Source: Octopus vulgaris
Taxonomy: Eukaryota
Direction of reading: 5' to 3'
NCBI GenBank assembly: GCA_951406725.2
Contig: OX597839.1
Coordinates: 31,310,001 to 31,374,000 of the forward strand
DNA length: 64,000 nucleotides
The notes below the pieces were generated by a model that saw only the letters and a program-made list of their open reading frames with translations, did no database searches and was not told the origin of the DNA. The position numbers were made by a program, and so were the translations under genes. This document shows, in pieces, positions 1-14,428 of this stretch (positions within the stretch are counted from its first letter, which is position 1; each line of letters opens with the position of its first letter).

Positions 1-61
1 CAAGAAAGAACATGAAACAGCTCCCTTCAAAAACGAATCCATGAATAGAGAACTCAGTCAA

Positions 62-95
<34 letters not shown>

Positions 96-137
96 GAGTT
101 GCAATAATAAGGAATCACCACCACCACCACCACCACC

Positions 138-171
<34 letters not shown>

Positions 172-523
172 TCATCCTTTCATGACCCCATCATAAAGAA
201 CCAGCAAATAATAATATGCTGGGGTTGATGTAATTGACTCAAATGCTCCTTCTAAAAATTTGCTGGCCTTGTGCATAAATTAAAAAAACCGATTGTAATT
301 ACACTCATTAACAGCAGTGAGCAAGGCAGAAGTAATTAGTGTGACGGACAAAATGTTTCTCTTTACATTCTGGGTTCAAATCTCATCCCCACCAAGGCGG
401 ACCTGGCCCTGAATTCTTAATGCGATTGATAAAATAAAGTACCAGTTAAGTGCTGAGGGGTCAATATAATCAACTAGACCCCATCCTGACAAAGTTTTAG
501 GCTTTGAGTTTATAATAAAAAGG

Positions 524-563
<40 letters not shown>

Positions 564-820
564 TAATTATTATTATTATTATTATTATCATTATTATTAT
601 TATTATTACTATCATTATTATTATTACTATCATTATTATTATTATTATTATTATCATTATTATTATTACTATCATTATTATTATTACTATCATTATTATT
701 ATTATTATTATTATCATTATTATTATCATTATCATTATTATTATTATCATTATTATCATTATTATTATTATTATTACTATCATTATTATTATTATTATCA
801 TTATTATTATTATCATTATT

Positions 821-876
<56 letters not shown>

Positions 877-891
877 CATTATTATTATTAT

Positions 892-945
<54 letters not shown>

Positions 946-959
946 CATTATTATTATTA

Positions 960-993
<34 letters not shown>

Positions 994-1054
994 CATTATT
1001 ATTTTTATTATTATTATTATTGTTATTATTGTTATTATTATTATTATTATTTTT

Positions 1055-1110
<56 letters not shown>

Positions 1111-1162
1111 CATTATTATTATTATTATTATTATTATCATTATTATTATTATCATTATTATT

Positions 1163-1230
<68 letters not shown>

Positions 1231-1237
1231 CATTATC
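524..1237. repeat. About 715-bp (ATT)n microsatellite with ATC/TTT/ACT interruptions
   Basis: Directly visible; follows the 3' end of a diverged SINE A copy (about 315-523). Confidence 0.98.
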
Positions 1238-1399
1238 GTTTCAAAACAATATTTTTGATGGTTTGTTAAGATCAGCTTTAAAAGAGGGTTTTTTGGCTGA
1301 TTCCTTCATCAGTGCAAGGTGAGGTGAGAGAAGGAAGCCTGCAGCTGTCAGCATTTACTCTGCACATCAACAACATTCCTTATCTCACCTCTGTATGTA

Positions 1400-1411
1400 G
1401 ACATGCATGTA

Positions 1412-1465
<54 letters not shown>

Positions 1466-1848
1466 TGTACGTATGTATACATATGTGTATGTATGTATGT
1501 ATGAATGCATGCATGCATGCATGTATGTATGTATATATGTATGTATATATGCATGCATACATGTATGTATGTATGTATGTATGTATGTATGTATGCATGC
1601 ATGCATGCATGCATGCATGCATGTATGTATATATGTATATATATATGCCTGCATGCATGTATGTATGTGTGTGTGTGTGTGTATGCATGTGTGTATATAT
1701 GTATTATGTATGTATGTATGCATGTATGTACATATTCATACATGTATGTATGTGTGTATATATGTATAATGTATGTATGCATGTATGCATGCATATATGT
1801 ATGCATGTGTGTGTGTATGTATGTATGTATTTGTGTATGCATGCATGC
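1400..1848. repeat. Compound (TA)n/(TATG)n/(TGCA)n microsatellite
   Basis: Directly visible. Confidence 0.97.
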
Positions 1849-2025
1849 TAATATTAAAACGTGAGAATGAGTTCTTAACACTGCATTGGTGGATAAATAT
1901 TTTTTATTTGTTGGGTAACAAGACTACCATTGGTTTCATGCCAAGAGAAATTTATAATTGCTGAAAAATTTCTCTCAGCATGAAACAAATGGTAGCCTTC
2001 TTAATCCACAAACAAAGTGTATGTG

Positions 2026-2061
<36 letters not shown>

Positions 2062-2520
2062 ATAGCACCATCATTATATTTTAGCATCCACTTTTCCATG
2101 CTAGCATGTGTCAAACAATCTTCTCTGAGGCAGATTTTCTATGCTGGATGCCCTTCCTGTCCCCAACCTTCGTGGGATTCCAAGCAAGTAATATTTCCCC
2201 CAGTCCTTTCCACACAACATTGCAAATGAATGTATAATGCTTATATTTGTTACAACTAACAGTATCAAAGTGGTGAGACACTCATACATATATAAATACA
2301 CACACACACACAGTTATCGAATGAATTATAAGATTTTGGTTGGTTGGTTGGTTGGTCTAGACTACAGAAGGAGACATTTGGCCAAGGGGCTGCATGGTAG
2401 GGAAGGGATTGAACCTAAAATCACATGGATACAAAACAAAGTGAACTTCTTAACTGCACAACCATGCATGCCTCTATCTATCTATCTATCTATCTATCTA
2501 CCTCTCTCTCTATATACATA

Positions 2521-2570
<50 letters not shown>

Positions 2571-2610
2571 CATATATATATATATATATAAATATATATA
2601 TGTATATATA

Positions 2611-3098
2611 GGAGGTTCTCCAAACAAAGCCAGGCAGTAGCTTCTGTTGCCAGGTTCTTCAATAGCGCCGTTCTACGTGGTACTGTTGTCATATGCCAGA
2701 GAGATGTGGGTGACTATGAAGAGGATTGAACATGGAATAACTACAATGCAAAGAGCCATGGAAAGCTCCTTGCTAGGAATGTCCTTATGAAAGCATCTTC
2801 AAAATGGGATAATCCGAGAGAAAAGAAGCGTGAACAGACGAGACTACTGGGAGCACGAGTTCTGCTTTGCCAGACGAATCACAAAGTCCAGAGAGAACAG
2901 GTGGACCCTTGCAGCTGCTGAGTGGTGTCTAAGGAACTGGAAAAGGGCCACATGGAAGGCCTCCATAGTGATGGGAAGATGATTGAGTCAAGTAATTTGC
3001 GTCAAGATGGAAAAGAATGGCACGTTCAAGACAGAATTGGAAGTGCATTGTGAGCAGGGGTGTGTAACGGTATGTGATGGTCTGGTCGATACTGTGAT
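2611..3098 (+). mobile_element. Decayed RTE-clade LINE 3' fragment
   Basis: Frameshifted translation FNSAVL...MQRAMESSLLGMSL..HLQNGIIREK...NRWTLAAAEWCLRNWKR..GRPP..WED matches the RTE ORF C-terminus. Confidence 0.8.
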
Positions 3099-3494
3099 AT
3101 ATGTATGTATGTTTGTGTGTGTGTGTGTGTGTGTATTTTGAAATGGGAGCTTCACTCTGTCACTGCTTCTAGTTTTCTCTTTCTATTATTCACAAGAACA
3201 AGAAGAGAAAAACTTAAAGTAGCAATCATGGATTAAAGCCACAACACCACAGAAGAAACAAACACTCCACTGCATGGAGGGAACATTGCCAAATAACATG
3301 CCAGAATGGTCTCCCCTGCTTCACTTGATCAGAATTGATTATAAAGATAGCAAATTAGTTTTTTTTTTCCTCCAAAACAAATGACATAATTTAGATTAAT
3401 TAGATTTTCTCTCCTCATTAAATCAGGTTTGTTTGCTCTCACTTTATTAGTATTTTTGTTTGACAGAAACTATCTTTAGGTAACCTTCATATTT

Positions 3495-3541
<47 letters not shown>

Positions 3542-3659
3542 TGTGGCCTGTTAATAATGATGTGTACACATATATATATATAAGCATGCATAAATACATA
3601 TGTGTGTGTGTGTATTTGTATATACACACATAAATACATGTCACTCAACCGCCTTAAAA

Positions 3660-3869
3660 TAAGGGTTTCACCCTCTGAGGGGAGGAAGAAAACAATTTAC
3701 ATTGATCCCTGCACTCAACTGGTATTTCTTCATTGGACCCTGAATGGGTGTCAAAGGTAAAGTCAACCTCAGTAGTAATTGAACACAGAACGTAAAACAC
3801 TGGGTGAAAAACCCCTAAACTTTTTTATCTTTTTGTCCAACACGCTAATACTTCTGTCAGCTCACTGCC

Positions 3870-3916
<47 letters not shown>

Positions 3917-4140
3917 CTTTTCTACAATCGGCAGAAGGCCTCAAATGTTTGGGCAGGAGGTAAGTCGTTTTCATTGACCCCCCCCCCCAGTGCTCGATTA
4001 ATGTTTATTTTATTGACCCCCCAAAAGGACAAAAGTCAAAGCCAACCTTGGCAAAATTTGAACCCAGAACATAAAGATAGAGGAAACGCCTGAGAGAATT
4101 TTGTCCTGTGTGCTAACCATTCTGCCATCTAGCCACATTA
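3660..4140 (-). mobile_element. Two diverged SINE family A copies separated by (AAT)n
   Basis: Diverged family A cores at about 3660-3870 and 3915-4140. Confidence 0.7.
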
Positions 4141-4874
4141 ATAATAATAATAATAATAAGAAGAAGAAGAATTATAATAATAAATAATAATAGTGATGAA
4201 GATAATGATGATGATGACAATTATGGCAATGATGATGATGATGATGATGAAAGATAGAGCACCATTTAGAAGAATGACAACAAGAATGTTAGTAGTAGTT
4301 GTGGTGGTGGTGGTGGTGGTAGTAAGGATTTCTTAAATGTTCACAAAGTCCCTTCTCTCCATTTTAGGGTCTCTGTAAAGCAGAGTACATCAACTCCCAG
4401 AATATTACAGTTAGTTAGTAAATAATGAACTGTGAAGAATGCCTTACCCCTTAGTTATGGTCTTTTATGATCTGAGTTCAAATCCTGCTGAGGGTGACTT
4501 TGCCTTTCATCTTTCTGGAGTCAATATCATTTTATTCACTGCAATCTTACAATGCGGTCAAAAATACTCGCCATTCTTTCACATTCTCTGAGTAAGGGGG
4601 AAACTCATCCAGTCTCTAAAAACAAACACTAAATTAATGAACTTGCCTGCTAGTTCAACCGCCTACTTTGAAGATATCCAAGTGTAGGAAAGAAAGAGAG
4701 GGAGGGGAAAGAGTGGAAATCATTTACTGGCAGACAATTCTGTTCAACAGACAGTTGATAAAGGGCATTATTTTCTCCAGTTCTGCCAATCTACCTGACC
4801 TAGGGTTAAAGATTATAACGAGTAAATAGAGAATTTATCATTCAAAGAGAATTTAACGATTGTTATTGTTTAAT

Positions 4875-4931
4875 GGGCCTGGTCAGAACCCCTGGGCCTG
4901 GTCAGTACCCCTGGGCCTGGTCAGTACTCCT
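4875..4931. repeat. 19-bp minisatellite x3
   Basis: gggcctggtcag(a/t)ac(c/t)cct repeated three times. Confidence 0.9.
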
Positions 4932-6685
4932 GAGCCTTCAAAGAGTCTGTCTGTCTCTTTGAACTTAGACCCAAAAGATTAAAAAGATATAAACGCTTAT
5001 TGATTAATTAATATTTGTGTAATGATCTCTCCTCTTATGAACATAAAACCATTATTAATTTAATGAATATTCATAGTTTGTTAACTCACAAATACTTGCA
5101 ACAGAGTGACTGGGTCTTATCCAGGAGCGGAATTCTCTCTCAAAAGAATAACTTCTTGGAAACTGAAATTGTTTAATGGATGAAGTCAATGAAAAGTAAG
5201 CAAATGGATTGGTGCGGCAGTTTGTAGGCTTGTTGGCCCATCAGAGATAAAAATACCTAAATTCTGTTTTACAGAGAGATTTTTTAATGTATTGCTATTT
5301 ATAGTGTCTACAAACCAGGACTCAGCTCAACTGGTCAGCCTAATTTGCATAAAAGTACATCCATTGACAAGTATCAATTAACTCATAGTGTACTGGAGTG
5401 TTTTTTTTTTTTTTTTTTGGATAAAGTGAAATGAAAGTTATACCTTGTTTTAATAAAGAAACGATTTAGCCTCATTGCAAAACAAAAGAATCAAATTATA
5501 GATTTTAGTTTTCTGTGTATGGAAAAGACAAGACTAGAAACCAGTTACCTCAATTCCATTCTTCCTACCTGGACATGTAACCCCTTGGTTATTACTCATT
5601 AAAACACTGCACAGTACACGATAAATAAACCAAACCTCATTCTCTGCAAATGCACCATAATGCAAGACAGACAGACCAGCTTTGTTGCATTCTAGTTTCT
5701 GTCCATTACAACACAGCAATAAGTTTCAAATCTCTTCATGGACGCATGTTGGTTATTTTGCCTCTGAGAAATATCTAACAAAGCTGGAATTGGTTTAGAA
5801 GGGTCCAGTCCTATCAGCCCCTCATCCAGGACAGATACAAACTCTACTGGGAAAATTTTCATTTTCCACAGGGACATTAAAACGATGTGTTTAAATTAAG
5901 GAAAGATAACTAAATTTGATAAAACTAATAAGAATGGGAGATGTGGTATAAGGATGTCAGTGTGTAAGTGGGGAAAGAATATGGGAAGATCGCACCATTA
6001 GGGGGAAAGGAAATAAATTAGGAAAGGAGCGGAAATGGCTTACGGTAAAAGGAAAACAAAGAAAGAACCAGAGTGATATATATATGATCTCCTATTAACA
6101 CCTTCTTTCCATCTTTGCTTTCATTTAAAACAGATGCCATGATGAAATGAGTAAAGAATTATTAGGAAAGAAAGGTGTGAGCGGAGAAGGAAGGTGAAAG
6201 GTTTACTTTACACACACACACACACACACGTGTGTGTGTGGCTTTTATTTCAATGGTTACAAGGAACTTGCAAGATGTTCCATTTGGGGATCAGCACATT
6301 TATATTCAGGTTCACCAGAGTATAAAACATAACCACACACACACACACACACATATTATATATATACATGTGTGTATATACGAGAGAGACATGGAAGGTA
6401 TAAGAAAAAAAGGGTGGATGGAGAGAGAGAGAGAGAGAGAGAGGACTGAGAAGAAGGATGATTATTATTGAGGGATTGAAGAAGAAAATACGAAAGAATT
6501 TATATTTTTTGAATGAAAATGGAAGAAAAGAATGTTTTTGTGAATGTCATAAGAAGGATAAAAATATTATTCTTATTAATATTTCAGGGTCAGCAAAATA
6601 ATACCAGCTGAGTACTGGGGGGACCAATGTAATCAACTGGACCCCTTCCCCCAAAAGTTCAGGGCTTGTAACTATACTAGAAAAG

Positions 6686-6739
<54 letters not shown>

Positions 6740-6760
6740 TATTTATTTATTCATTATTAA

Positions 6761-6960
6761 GGCGGCAAGGAACTGGCAGAATTGTTAGCACACCGGGTGG
6801 AATGCTTAGTGGTATTTCATCTGCTGCTACATTCTGAGTTCAAATTCCACCGAGGTCAACTTTTCCTTTCATCCTTTCGGGGTGAAACACTGGGGGTCAA
6901 TGTAATCGTCTAGCCCCCTCTCCCACAATTTCAGGCCTTGTGCCTATAGTAGAAAGGAAT
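6761..6960 (+). mobile_element. SINE family A copy
   Basis: ggcggcaaggaactggcagaa...gagttcaaattccaccgaggtcaac; ATT tail. Confidence 0.82.
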
Positions 6961-7220
6961 ATTATTATTATTATTTATGCTCTGCATTCAAGCTCTGCCA
7001 AGGTTGACTATACCTTTCGTCCCTTGGGGAGGGGGGGGTTGATACAGTTGCCATGTCCCTTCCCCCTCCAAAATTTCGGATGTCATACCAAAATCAGAAA
7101 TTATCATTATTATTATTATTATTATTATTGTTATTGTTATTATTATTATTATTATTATTGTTATTATTATTATTATTATTATTATTGTTATTGTTATTAT
7201 TATTATTATTATCATTATTA

Positions 7221-7251
<31 letters not shown>

Positions 7252-8164
7252 CATCATTACTGTCCCCTTGTGGTCATTGCAGGCATTTGCAGCAACAGAA
7301 ATGAGTGAGTAGGTAAGAAGAGAAGGAGGAGGAGGAGGAGATGGAGAAAGAGATGTAAACTAGAAAAAAAAAAGATGAGAATAAAAAATAAAACAATTCA
7401 AAGGTAAAAGAAAAACAAACAACAAAAAATAATGGAAAATAGAAAAGCAAAAGAAAAAAAATTTTAAATAAAAAAGACAAAAAGAAAGAAGCGTTACAAC
7501 ATATTTATATTTTTATTTGATTTTTTTTTGTTGATTTTATTTTGAATTTTAGTTTTATTAAAATTTTGAATTCAAATTGTTGAAAGAAATTTGTAGAAAA
7601 AGAGTGTTAGCAATTATTATTATTATTATTAATATTTATTAATTATTATTATTAATTATTGTTATTAATTATTAATTAAATAACCTTTTTGTATTCACAG
7701 TTTATGAGTTGACTGCTGGGAAATGAAAAAAACAACAACAATAAAAACAACAAAATGAAGCTCCCTCTCCGAAATAAGGGTCTGAAGACTTTCCAGAAAT
7801 TATGTTGATTATTGTAATTATTTTCACCTTTCATCCCTTGGGAGTTGATAAATTAAAGGACCAGTCAAGTACTGAGATGAAGGCACACGGCCTGGTGGTG
7901 AGGGTGCAGTGCACTGTGTTCTTGAGCAAAACACTTCACTTTACTTTGCTCCAGTCCTCTCAGCTGTAAATGAGTGAATCTACGATGGACTGGCATCCCA
8001 TCCAGGGGGAATGTAATGACCACAGTCACTTACACAATTGGCTAACTGGCCCCTCACAATCCTAGACAGTAAAATGCCCACATCTAAGTAATGGGAGTGT
8101 CAATACCACGTACTTGCCCCACCCTTCAAAATTGCTGGCCTTGGGCCTCAATCAGAAAGCAAAG

Positions 8165-8204
<40 letters not shown>

Positions 8205-8393
8205 GGAGGAAAAGTAGTAGTGGTGATGTTGGTTACTAATTACAGACTAAAAGTACAGCAAACAAAAGACAGATATTCTAAACAGTTTTTGTTTTTCTGT
8301 TTTTCTAAACCTCTGCAGACAAAATATGATGGAAACACAAGAGAAAACCTGTCTTTATATTAACCATTATCTGTAATTTTGCCTCATATATAC

Positions 8394-8424
<31 letters not shown>

Positions 8425-9007
8425 TGGGTAATAACCTTAAAGTGTAATTTACAAAGCCCCTCTGTAGATATTGGCTACCATATGCTATCACACAATAGGA
8501 ATTCTCCTTTCACTGGATATACATGTGGAAATTCATAAATATCCATTGAGTCCATACAAAAGATATGACAATACAAGAAGATGGAATGAACAGGTTTTAA
8601 TCCAAATCACTACAATCGTTTCTGTGCCTTAGTATCAGCTGGTAATTGCTCAGCGAGCATCCTGTCAGGCATTTAGTACCTTGCGCTTAGAAAAGTCCCT
8701 AATTCCTAACAAATACAGAGGTACCCTATAAATAACATGGTACCCTGTGTGTACCCAGGTTCTCCATGGTGGTATATTTCACTATGACAAGCCACTTAAT
8801 ACCACCCGGAGTGCTGAGTTCAACGGAACTCTTAGCCAAAGATGGTTGGGCAGAAACCACTCAGCTGACTCGATGGACATACAGGATATAAAGAGATTAT
8901 GCAAAGACAAAGTCTTCAGCAGTGTCATAATAACTCATGGGTAGGTGGGGGGAATTCATCACACACACACACACAGCATTTACATATACATACATACAGA
9001 TATATAC

Positions 9008-9043
<36 letters not shown>

Positions 9044-9056
9044 ATCTGTATGTATG

Positions 9057-9111
<55 letters not shown>

Positions 9112-9504
9112 ATCTGTATGTATGTATATGTATATATATATAAATGCATGCACACATACATATATGTATACAAAAATACATACATATGCACACACTTACA
9201 CACATATATACACACACAGATACAAACACACAGATGAGACATCAGGTGTGTTTAAGGGGAAAATGTATGTTTATAGCTGTATATGGAGAGAGACAGAGAG
9301 AGAGAGGGAGAGAGAGAGAGGGAGAGAGAGAGAGAAATAGAGAGAGATGTTTAAAAGGTTATGGGGATGATGGTTGTTGTTGTTGGGGGTGGTGGTGATG
9401 GTGGTGGTGAAGAGGGTGGTGGAGATATAGGGGTGTGTTGAGCTGGAAAAGTTTCTGTTTGTATAAGGCAGGATGGAATAGGTTTAAAAACAACAACAAC
9501 AACA

Positions 9505-9557
<53 letters not shown>

Positions 9558-10150
9558 GGCACAAGCAATGGTTTTAAGGTGTATAAAAATGAAGTAAATA
9601 TAAGAGAGAGGTGTCCAAGTGGACAAGGTACAGGGGTATCAGTTAGGGTGAGACAGGGGTCCATAGACTTTCCTCAGCAACCTAAATACTTATATCTCTG
9701 TGGCACAGTCCATCTAGGCTAAACACATAAGTACAGATAGGTTTTTTTTTTATAAACAGTGGTAGCACTGTAAAACTGAAGAGTGTGTTAGGTGTTGTTG
9801 TTTAGCCCAAGGTCAGCTCTGATTGAGACAATCACGTATTGAGCACGTTCACACTTTGATCACCCTGTCATCGCATGTGTGCGTGCGTGTGTATACACAC
9901 ATATATATATATATAATTGTCATCCTTTATATACAAGATGACGATAATATATACACAACAACTACGTTTGTTTTTATGTCAGGTTAAAACGATTTTGCCT
10001 TAAAATGAAGGATTTTTCCATACTTTTTAGCAGGGGACATTTTTATTGAACTTATACAAGGAAAAGGTCCATCATGATGAAGGGAGAACTGCGAAGTCAC
10101 TGTCAACTTTTCCTTGTAAAAGTTTAATTCGCAAGGATATACACATACAT

Positions 10151-10181
<31 letters not shown>

Positions 10182-10240
10182 CATATATATACAGACATAT
10201 ATAAGTATATATGGACTCTCCTGTCAGTTTTGACGTATGA

Positions 10241-10289
<49 letters not shown>

Positions 10290-11160
10290 TACATATACAT
10301 ACATACACACACATATATATATACATACATACATAGATAGACACACACTGATGGCATTACATCAGTCAATATGTATGTCCTTCCTTCGTTTCATAAATGA
10401 TCAGGTGTGGAAGCTTGAGGGAGATTTAGTTGCTATTTCTAGCAGACCAAACAACCACTTAATTCCTTCCTTCCTTCAGTGCTTTGGGACATCTTCATCC
10501 TGTACAAGAGAAGGTCCATCCACTGTCAGCTATTCCAGAGGAAGTCCTTAGTGATGCCTCTGTCACATAATACATGCCTCGACCCATGAAAAACAGCATC
10601 AAGTGGAATCTGAGATGCAGTTTCAATTCTGAGTCAGGAACGTTTTTTTTTCTTACTTATATTTCTACATTACAAATCTAGTGAACAAGGCATGAACTCC
10701 ACACATTCACATTTATCCTCTCTGCTATTTTCTATATGAGACACCAAATATAGTGAAAGGATGTTTAGGACTTGGAGAGTATCGTTTCAGTAGAGATGGC
10801 TAATAGTTAACGATGAGTGTTGAGAGGTAGTTAATTAATGCAACACCTGTCTAATACAGGTGTTTATTTTACTGAATCCTACAATGACAAAAGGCAAAGT
10901 CATGATTCGCGATGCTAGAAATTCTATCGAGATCAGAAGGGAGTTAAATACTGAAAGGTATTATAATTTAAGGGTCTGCTCTTTTTGTTAAGTCCCTATA
11001 ATAATAATAATAATGAAAAGGCCTGTGGCTTAGTGGTTAGGGCATTTGTTTCATGATGGTAAGGTCATGTGTTCAATTCTCAGCAATGCTTTGTGTCCTT
11101 GAGCAAGACACTTACTTCCTTCCCCAAAATTACTGGCTTTGAGCCCAAATCCAAAACACC

Positions 11161-11206
<46 letters not shown>

Positions 11207-11529
11207 TTAATGAGCCTTGAGAGATGAAAGTAAAGTTGATGCCCATAGAATATGAAGTGAAACGAGAGAGGGCAAAGTTGAGTCCTGATGGCATCTGAAC
11301 CAACTTGAGAACATTTCTATAACATTCACAGCCAATCAATCAATAAGGTGACTCAATAATTTACAATACAGGTAACAGGTGAGAGATTTGGAGAAAGGAG
11401 TGGGGTGTAGTGCATTGATCACCCAGCCCCTGGACCTGACTGGTTTTCTATTGTATAGACCCCCCTAGTGGGATGAACAGTATATTTTACCTTAGCAAGA
11501 TTTGAACTCAGAACATATAGAACCAAACC

Positions 11530-11740
11530 TTTCTATTATAGGCACAAGGCTTGAAACTTTGGGGGGGGGAGGAGGAGCTAGTCAAATACATCGACCTCAG
11601 TGCATAACTGGTACTTAATTTATCGACCCCGAAAGGATGAAAGGCAAAGTCGACCTCGGCGGAATTTGAACTCAGAATGTAAAGCCAAACGAAATACTGC
11701 AAAGTATTTCGCCCGGAGCGCTAACGCTTCTGCTAGCTCG
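11530..11740 (-). mobile_element. SINE family A copy
   Basis: Family A core (ggatgaaaggcaaagtcgacctcggcggaatttgaactcagaa on plus). Confidence 0.85.
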
Positions 11741-11863
11741 ATACATACATATATATACATACACACTTATATACATAGACACGTGTGCATGTGCACACAC
11801 ACACACACACATATATAGATGCACACATACACACGTACCACATGTTTGTTGTGTCGAGGAATG

Positions 11864-11869
11864 TTTAAT
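11864..11869 (-). terminator. Candidate distal polyadenylation signal (ATTAAA) for CAMTA
   Basis: Minus strand: U-rich upstream, ATTAAA, CA dinucleotides 11-20 nt later, then a GU-rich tract. Other AATAAA sites occur nearer the stop (e.g. about 21909, 20333). Confidence 0.3.
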
Positions 11870-12042
11870 AAACAACATACCATTGTAATTATTTGTTTCA
11901 ATGCAGAAATATAGGAAACAAAACAACAAAAAAAACAGGTGCAAAAACCAGGGAAATAAAACAAACATATTTGTGAAGAATTTCTTTTGTAAACAGCACC
12001 TTCCCACCCAAAACATACACCCGCAGTAAAACTAAACACCCT

Positions 12043-12320
<278 letters not shown>

Positions 12321-12754
12321 ACATGTAGCTAGGCATCTGTCTATGTGTGGTTTCTCTTTCCTGTTTTGGTTAGAAAGTTGATAACAGGGAGCAAAAGTTG
12401 GCAGAAAATCCCCAGATATCTCTGTGATGCTGTCGTAATATGATAATAGCTGACAACACCAGCAATATCAACAACAACAACAACAACATATGAAATGCCA
12501 AATTATTTAATAATAATAATAATAACAATAATATTTCGGATTTTGGCACAGGGCCAGGTGGTGGTGAGATTCCTTACAACAGCCCTGGTGCTTTACTAGT
12601 ATTTATTTTAGCAAGCCCGTAAACAGGGGGCGCGGGGCAAAGTCAATCTCAGCAGAATTTGAGCTCAGATCACAAAATTCAAACGAAACCTCATTACGCA
12701 TTTCGTCCAACATACTAATGGTCCTGCCAGTTCACTGCCATAATAATAATAATA

Positions 12755-12794
<40 letters not shown>

Positions 12795-13151
12795 TGTTAG
12801 TAAAAATAACAGTAAAGGAAAATGGAAATTTCTTCTTTTTAACTCTTTCTTTTTAAAGTGAAAACTAAAAAAATACGCAATAAATATTTATGAAAGTATT
12901 TTAACAATGAAAGGAGACAAATGCTGTTAGTGCTGATCTGGGATTTGATAGAAAATGTAAGAATGGTGCACCATTATCAATGCATCATGCATCCAAAATG
13001 CATCTCCTGCACATTCTTCATTGCTTTTGATATCAAAATTGATAATTGTATGATTCTGTGTGTAAACACAGAAACATTATATACACAAGCATATTATATA
13101 CACATAAATACACACGTGTGTAAATATATACACATTTTTATACACACATAC

Positions 13152-13403
13152 ACATCACACGATTGACTGGATTATCAGAGGCTGTTATACATCACTGGTC
13201 ACAATGCACTTTGCATCGTTTTTAGCTTCCAAATGATGCCAACAGTCTCCTTGACCAGGAAACTAGTCCGTCAGAGGGTGATCCATTTTACAGCTGAGTG
13301 GACTGGAGCAATGTGAAATGAAGTGTTTTGCTCAAGAATACAATGTGCCACTGATCTGGGAATCGAACTCATGATCTACCGATTGGAAGTGCAACATCCT
13401 AAC
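13152..13403 (-). mobile_element. Older tRNA-derived SINE with the same RTE-like tail but a different body
   Basis: B box gagttcgattccc; tail gcattgtgaccagtgatgtataacagcctctgataatccagtc resembles family C and the RTE fragment end. Confidence 0.7.
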
Positions 13404-13424
13404 CCACTTTGCCACGCATCTTCA

Positions 13425-13463
<39 letters not shown>

Positions 13464-13688
13464 CACTACCACAGACTAATTCCACTAAAAGAAAAGAAAA
13501 ACAAACAAAAAAACTCAAACAAGATCGAGAGAAGAATATTTTCTGACAAAATCAGAAGGAAACGAGAAGGAAACGAGAAGGGGAGGAACAAAATGCAACC
13601 AATGTGATGTGATGATGTTCATGCCTTAAGCATAAGGGCACTTTGGACAGAAGTAGAAGTATGCAGTTTCTCACATGTGATACACACA

Positions 13689-13732
<44 letters not shown>

Positions 13733-14390
13733 GTATGTATGTATGTCAAGCCTAATTGTGTTTATCTGCGTCACTACCCAAACACACACACACACACACA
13801 CACATACACACATGGCATGTAGTAGCTTGGAAATTGTGTCTCTGAGCATCGCCTGGTTGAAACATAAAAACTGAATTGATTACCAAAGTATAGAACCGTA
13901 GACTGTGGTGAAGCCTCGTATAAGTGTATAGTGTATATATATAAGTATATATATAAGTGTATAGTGTATCTAACGGATGGAAACAGACACTGAAATTATT
14001 GTATAATCTATTGACACATAGGAAACTCTGTATTAAAAAGAAAATTGATGTTAGGCTTTGAGAATATAATATGTTAAACAGAAACCATTTTACACGAAAC
14101 ATAATGAGTGAATTACGTAAATTTGAAAGGAGAAATTGCTTTATTGTAATGGGAGATTATGTTAAACCACACACACACACACACACTCAATAGCATGTAA
14201 GTCAAACATACATACACATGAACACACATGCATGCATGTACATATACACAAGACTATGCAAACTAGATACACACACACACACACACACAGAAGCATGCAA
14301 ACTAAACACAGACACACACATACACACAAAAGCACGCACGCTAAACGCACACATTCACACACACACACACACACACAGACACACACATAC

Positions 14391-14428
<38 letters not shown>

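Noticed and set aside
1240-1400. Possible plus-strand exon with AAG|gtgagg donor
   Set aside because: Peptide VREGSLQLSAFTLHINNIP looks more like a decayed LINE RT GVPQGS...INDLP segment; no partner exons.
376-1881. Long ORFs of poly-Ile, poly-Leu and YI/CV/HT repeats (and many similar ORFs across the window)
   Set aside because: Translations of (ATT)n, (TA)n, (TG)n and (TATG)n microsatellites with no coding signal.
8570-8940. Possible Penelope/hammerhead remnant (CTGAAGA and GAAAC on minus)
   Set aside because: Core motifs are about 300 nt apart and I could not build the stems.
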